The translations under genes were made by a program, and so were the position numbers. From contig JANXCT010000005.1 of assembly GCA_025059875.1 (NCBI GenBank), positions 1,948-65,947 of the forward strand: a stretch of DNA of 64,000 nt, read 5' to 3'. The notes beneath the pieces are model-generated. The model searched no databases. It saw nothing but the letters and a program-made list of their open reading frames with translations, and was not told the origin of the DNA. Below, piece after piece: positions 60,761 through 64,000 of the stretch. The first letter of the stretch is position 1. Each line of letters starts with the position of its first letter. Source of the stretch: Candidatus Kapaibacterium sp. Lineage in GTDB: Bacteria > Bacteroidota > Ignavibacteria > Kapaibacteriales > HRBIN21.

Positions 60761-61546
60761 ATGCTGATGGGGCTTCGCCTGTGGGGACTCTTCCTAGCCC
60801 AAGCGCTCAGCCGAGAGATGGAGTATCGGCTCCACCTGTGGCTGAGCTTCCTCATCGATGTGGTCTGGTATGCCGTCCAGGTGGGACTCTTCGAGGTCAT
60901 CTACCTCCACACGCCGACGGTCGCGGGCTGGAGTCGTGCAGAGATGGCTGTCTTCTTGGGGACGCTGTTCGTAGTGGACGCCCTCAACATGGCGCTTTTC
61001 TCCACGAACTTCTGGCGCATCCCACAGTACGTGCTCACAGGTGAGCTGGACTTCTTCCTGCTCAAGCCGGTGTCTCCCTTCTTCCTGGTGTTCCTGCGGT
61101 ATCCGAACGTAGCCTCGTTCCTGAACCTGGCGGTGGCGCTGACGGTACTGGGGTACGCCTTCAGCCTCACCTCTCCGGCGTCGGTCCTGGCGGCAGTGGC
61201 GTATCCGATCTTCATCATCAATGGGCTCCTCTGCATGCTCAGCTTCCAGGCACTCATTGGGGCATTGGCGATTCGGATCCTGGCTGCGGAGGGGATTCAG
61301 CAGACCTTCCACATCCTGTACCAGTTCGGGATGAAGCCCGATAGCATCTACGCGCCGATCTTGCGGCGTATTCTGCTGTACGTGTTCCCGATGGGGCTTG
61401 TGGCCTCTGTCCCTGCTCAAGTTGTGTTGGGACGGGCTACAGAGGAGGTTGTGCTTGCTGGGCTCGTTATCCCGCCACTCCTGCTCCTGGTGAGCCGGTT
61501 CCTCTTCCTGCGGGCTCTGCGGTACTACACGGGGGCGAGCGCTTAA
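60761..61546 (+). CDS. ABC-2 family transporter permease (second subunit)
   Basis: 261 aa. LSREMEYRLHLWLSFLIDVVWY and multiple TM segments. Paralogous architecture to the preceding gene. Confidence 0.7.
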   Translation: MLMGLRLWGLFLAQALSREMEYRLHLWLSFLIDVVWYAVQVGLFEVIYLHTPTVAGWSRAEMAVFLGTLFVVDALNMALFSTNFWRIPQYVLTGELDFFLLKPVSPFFLVFLRYPNVASFLNLAVALTVLGYAFSLTSPASVLAAVAYPIFIINGLLCMLSFQALIGALAIRILAAEGIQQTFHILYQFGMKPDSIYAPILRRILLYVFPMGLVASVPAQVVLGRATEEVVLAGLVIPPLLLLVSRFLFLRALRYYTGASA

Positions 61547-62787
61547 TGGAGCGGTTGCGCGGGCGCCGTATCGTGCTGGGGGTGACAGGGAGCATTGCAG
61601 CCTACAAGGCACCTCTGATCCTTCGGGAGCTGTTGCGGCAAGGGGCTGAGGTGCGGGTCGTCATGAGTCCTTCGGCACGTCAGTTTGTGGCGGAAGGAGC
61701 GATAGCGGCATTCGCGCCGGTGGTCGTGGACGTCTTCCCTATAGGCTTCCCGGGAAGTTGGCACGTTGAGTGGGCCCGGTGGGCGGAAGTGATGCTAATT
61801 GCACCGTGTTCGGCCACGACGTTGAGTAAGCTCGCTATTGGGCTCTGCGACACAGCCCCAACGTTGGTTGCTCGCTCCCTGCCGCGGACAACCCCGTTAG
61901 TAGTGGCGCCGGCGATGGATACAGAGCTGTGGGAGCAGCCGGCTCTGCAACGAGCGGTTGCGCAATTGCGGGCAGAGGGGGTATGGGTACTGCCACCGGC
62001 CTATGGGGAACTTGCTAGTGGGAGCATAGGCGTAGGGCGGCTGCCGGAAGTGGAATCTATCCTCAGCACGGTAGAGGGAGCGCTGACGACGGGGGTGCTC
62101 TCGCCGTGGCATTGTCAGTTCTGGTCTGGACGACGCGTGCTCGTTACGGCGGGACCGACGCGGGAGCCTATCGATGCCGTCCGCTACCTTAGCAATGCCT
62201 CCAGCGGGCTCATGGGTTACGCTTTGGCGGAGGCATTCCGGGATCGAGGCGCCGAAGTTGCGTTGGTGACGGGTCCCACTATGCTACCCGAACCGCCCGG
62301 TGTCGAGCTCCATCGGGTGGAGACCGCAGAGCAGATGTATGAGGCAGTTCGTGGCTGTGCCGCAGAAGCAGACGTCATCGTTGCTACTGCAGCGGTTGCA
62401 GACTACGCACCAGCAGAGCCGATGGTGGGGAAGCGGAAGCGGGGTGCGGAGGAGTGGCTGCTGCGGCTACGCCCGACTCCGGACATCTTAGCCCACTTGG
62501 CGCAACGGCGGCGGCCAGGACAGATCTTGGTCGGCTTTGCTTTGGAGGTGCAGGAGGAATGGAGTGCTGCCCGCCAGAAGCTCACGACGAAGGGTGTCGA
62601 CCTCCTCGTCCTCAACAGTCTACGGTGGGGGCGCAGCGGTTTCGGCCGCGAAGACAATACAATTGCCTTGCTCTTTCCAGATGGGCGAATTCGGATGCTT
62701 CCCCCACGCTCAAAGCGGGTGTGTGCCGAATGGATCGTCAACGCAGTGGAAGAGGTTGCGAGTGCTGCCCATGGCCCGAAGGGATAA
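61546..62787 (+). CDS. coaBC: Bifunctional phosphopantothenoylcysteine decarboxylase / phosphopantothenate-cysteine ligase
   Basis: GVTGSIAAYKAPLILREL flavoprotein N-domain and LVTAGPTREPIDAVRYLSNASSG CoaB domain. Confidence 0.9.
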   Translation: MERLRGRRIVLGVTGSIAAYKAPLILRELLRQGAEVRVVMSPSARQFVAEGAIAAFAPVVVDVFPIGFPGSWHVEWARWAEVMLIAPCSATTLSKLAIGLCDTAPTLVARSLPRTTPLVVAPAMDTELWEQPALQRAVAQLRAEGVWVLPPAYGELASGSIGVGRLPEVESILSTVEGALTTGVLSPWHCQFWSGRRVLVTAGPTREPIDAVRYLSNASSGLMGYALAEAFRDRGAEVALVTGPTMLPEPPGVELHRVETAEQMYEAVRGCAAEADVIVATAAVADYAPAEPMVGKRKRGAEEWLLRLRPTPDILAHLAQRRRPGQILVGFALEVQEEWSAARQKLTTKGVDLLVLNSLRWGRSGFGREDNTIALLFPDGRIRMLPPRSKRVCAEWIVNAVEEVASAAHGPKG

Positions 62788-63463
62788 GGAGGCAAAGCGC
62801 GACCGCCTCTTACAGGCCGCTGCAGAGCTTTTTGCACGCAAGGGGTACCATGCTACAAGGGTTGCGGAGATTGCCCAGCGGGCCGGGGTAGCGAAGGGCA
62901 CCGTTTACGAGTACTTCCCCACGAAGGAGGAGCTCTTCTATGCCCTGCTGGATGGGTGGCTGACGCGGTTTGAGACCGATCTCTCTGAGCACTTGGCGGC
63001 AGAGTCCGACCCTCTCCGGCAAGCTGACATTGTACGGGAAGCAGCGGTACAGTTCTACCGCCGTCACGCAGCCCATGCGCCGATCTTCCTTGAGTTCTGG
63101 GCCCATGCCCTGCGCAGTTCGGATGGGCGCTTCTTGAGACGAATACAGCGTTTTCGGACCTTCTTAGAGGAGCAGGGCCATCGTCTGACAGAGGCTCTCG
63201 TAGCCAGTGGTGTCTTCCTACCCGTGGATGTCCCATCGTTGGTGCGCTTAGAGGCAGGTATCTCGGACGGGATTTTCTTGCTGTGGGTGCTCTCAGGGCG
63301 GAGCTTCTCGCTAGAGCGGGCGTACGTGTTCCGGCAATCCGTCCTGGGACTGGGGGTGCTTTCGGAGGCAGCTCGCCAACTGCTGCGTGATAGACTCCAG
63401 CAGAAGCTGCGGGAGGGATTCCTCTTGCAGCTACCCAAGCCGGTACAGTCGCCCGAGCCATAG
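62771..63463 (+). CDS. TetR family transcriptional regulator
   Basis: RDRLLQAAAELFARKGYHATRVAEIAQRAGVAKGTVYEYFPTKEELF HTH signature. The start at ATG 62771 overlaps the coaBC end by 17 nt. Confidence 0.85.
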   Translation: MARRDKEAKRDRLLQAAAELFARKGYHATRVAEIAQRAGVAKGTVYEYFPTKEELFYALLDGWLTRFETDLSEHLAAESDPLRQADIVREAAVQFYRRHAAHAPIFLEFWAHALRSSDGRFLRRIQRFRTFLEEQGHRLTEALVASGVFLPVDVPSLVRLEAGISDGIFLLWVLSGRSFSLERAYVFRQSVLGLGVLSEAARQLLRDRLQQKLREGFLLQLPKPVQSPEP

Positions 63464-63537
63464 CACCCGATAGGAGTTAAGCCACAGGAGGGGAGCCGCT
63501 TCCTCGTCTCCGGAGTTAGGCGAGAAGAGCAGTCGCA

Positions 63538-63945
63538 ATGCAGACGACGCTGTGGGAGCGGGCACGGGATACATGGCTTTTCCAGCGCCGCGCAGAAGAT
63601 GGAGCCGTGGAAGTAACGGCTGGAACAATTGTCTACGGCGCAGTGGTACGGGCATTCGCTATCGTTGTGGGTAGCCTCACCTTAGCCTCCCTCCTACCCG
63701 ATGTGTGGCGGTATTGGTGGATCGTCTTGCTGGCACTCTGGGCGGTGGTCTTCTATCCAGCCTACCGCCGCTGGAGCCAGTTTACGCAGGAAGTGCGCCA
63801 GCTCAGAGAGGAACTCCTCTGCGGTTCTTGCTGCCACTTCGATGAGACGGGGCAGCTCTGCACACTCCTCGACGAGCATGTTCGCCCCGACTACATCCCG
63901 TGCGGTGGTGAGGCTTGGGAACCCTGCGATACCTCAGAAAAGTAG
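63538..63945 (+). CDS. Hypothetical membrane protein with Cys-rich C-terminal tail
   Basis: 135 aa. Two hydrophobic helices, then CGSCCHFDETGQLCTLLDEHVRPDYIPCGGEAWEPC. Confidence 0.5.
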   Translation: MQTTLWERARDTWLFQRRAEDGAVEVTAGTIVYGAVVRAFAIVVGSLTLASLLPDVWRYWWIVLLALWAVVFYPAYRRWSQFTQEVRQLREELLCGSCCHFDETGQLCTLLDEHVRPDYIPCGGEAWEPCDTSEK

Positions 63946-63960
63946 TCGGTAGCCGCGGCG

Positions 63961-63968
63961 TAATTTTG
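63961..63968 (+). promoter_or_regulatory. Candidate -7 promoter box TAATTTTG for a gene beyond the window end
   Basis: Exact TAnnTTTG match in the short intergenic tail, within CGTAATTTTG. The same extended word occurs at 50906. Confidence 0.3.
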
Positions 63969-64000
63969 CGCGAAACTGCAGTACTGATGAGGGTCCAAAA

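Noticed and set aside
60794-61612. 272-aa minus-strand ORF
   Set aside because: It is antisense to an ABC-2 permease with clear TM segments. It is extremely Arg/His/Glu/Pro-rich, which marks it as a shadow ORF.

Overview
GC-rich bacterial chromosomal segment, mostly housekeeping genes. It probably comes from the FCB radiation (Bacteroidota, Chlorobiota, Ignavibacteriota or Rhodothermota type). The evidence for that placement: two secreted proteins end in T9SS-type C-terminal sorting domains, bshC and lpxK/kdsD are present, Shine-Dalgarno sites are rare, and a TAnnTTTG -7 promoter box recurs upstream of genes. Core content: a tRNA array (Tyr-Gly-Gly-Gly-Thr-Trp) followed by secE-nusG-rplKAJL-rpoBC. 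Other genes: glgA, rsmB, murI, holA, proS, carA, murF-mraY, pfkA, coaBC, guaB, rpmG, two M24 aminopeptidases and two ABC permease pairs. Envelope and secreted proteins: OmpA/PD40 and beta-barrel proteins, and a 1486-aa T9SS cargo of unknown function. I saw no rRNA, CRISPR array, transposase or integrase. Three things stand out. (i) The window starts inside a two-gene restriction-modification-like module: a GIY-YIG/DUF4357 nuclease plus a >985-aa fused nuclease-like/N6-adenine methyltransferase/specificity protein. It is broken by at least five frameshifts and one in-frame stop, while the very long essential genes nearby are intact. (ii) There are further gene relics (an HD-GYP phosphodiesterase and a 5' fragment of nadA) and an unexplained 470-bp gap. 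(iii) The tRNA array is very compact, with 1-nt spacers and a triplicated tRNA-Gly scaffold carrying two different anticodon arms. tuf is missing from its conserved position there. I did not find an intact novel multi-gene system. The best candidate is the decayed defence locus at 1-3979, which is cut by the window edge. All functional calls rest on motif recognition by eye and need database confirmation.
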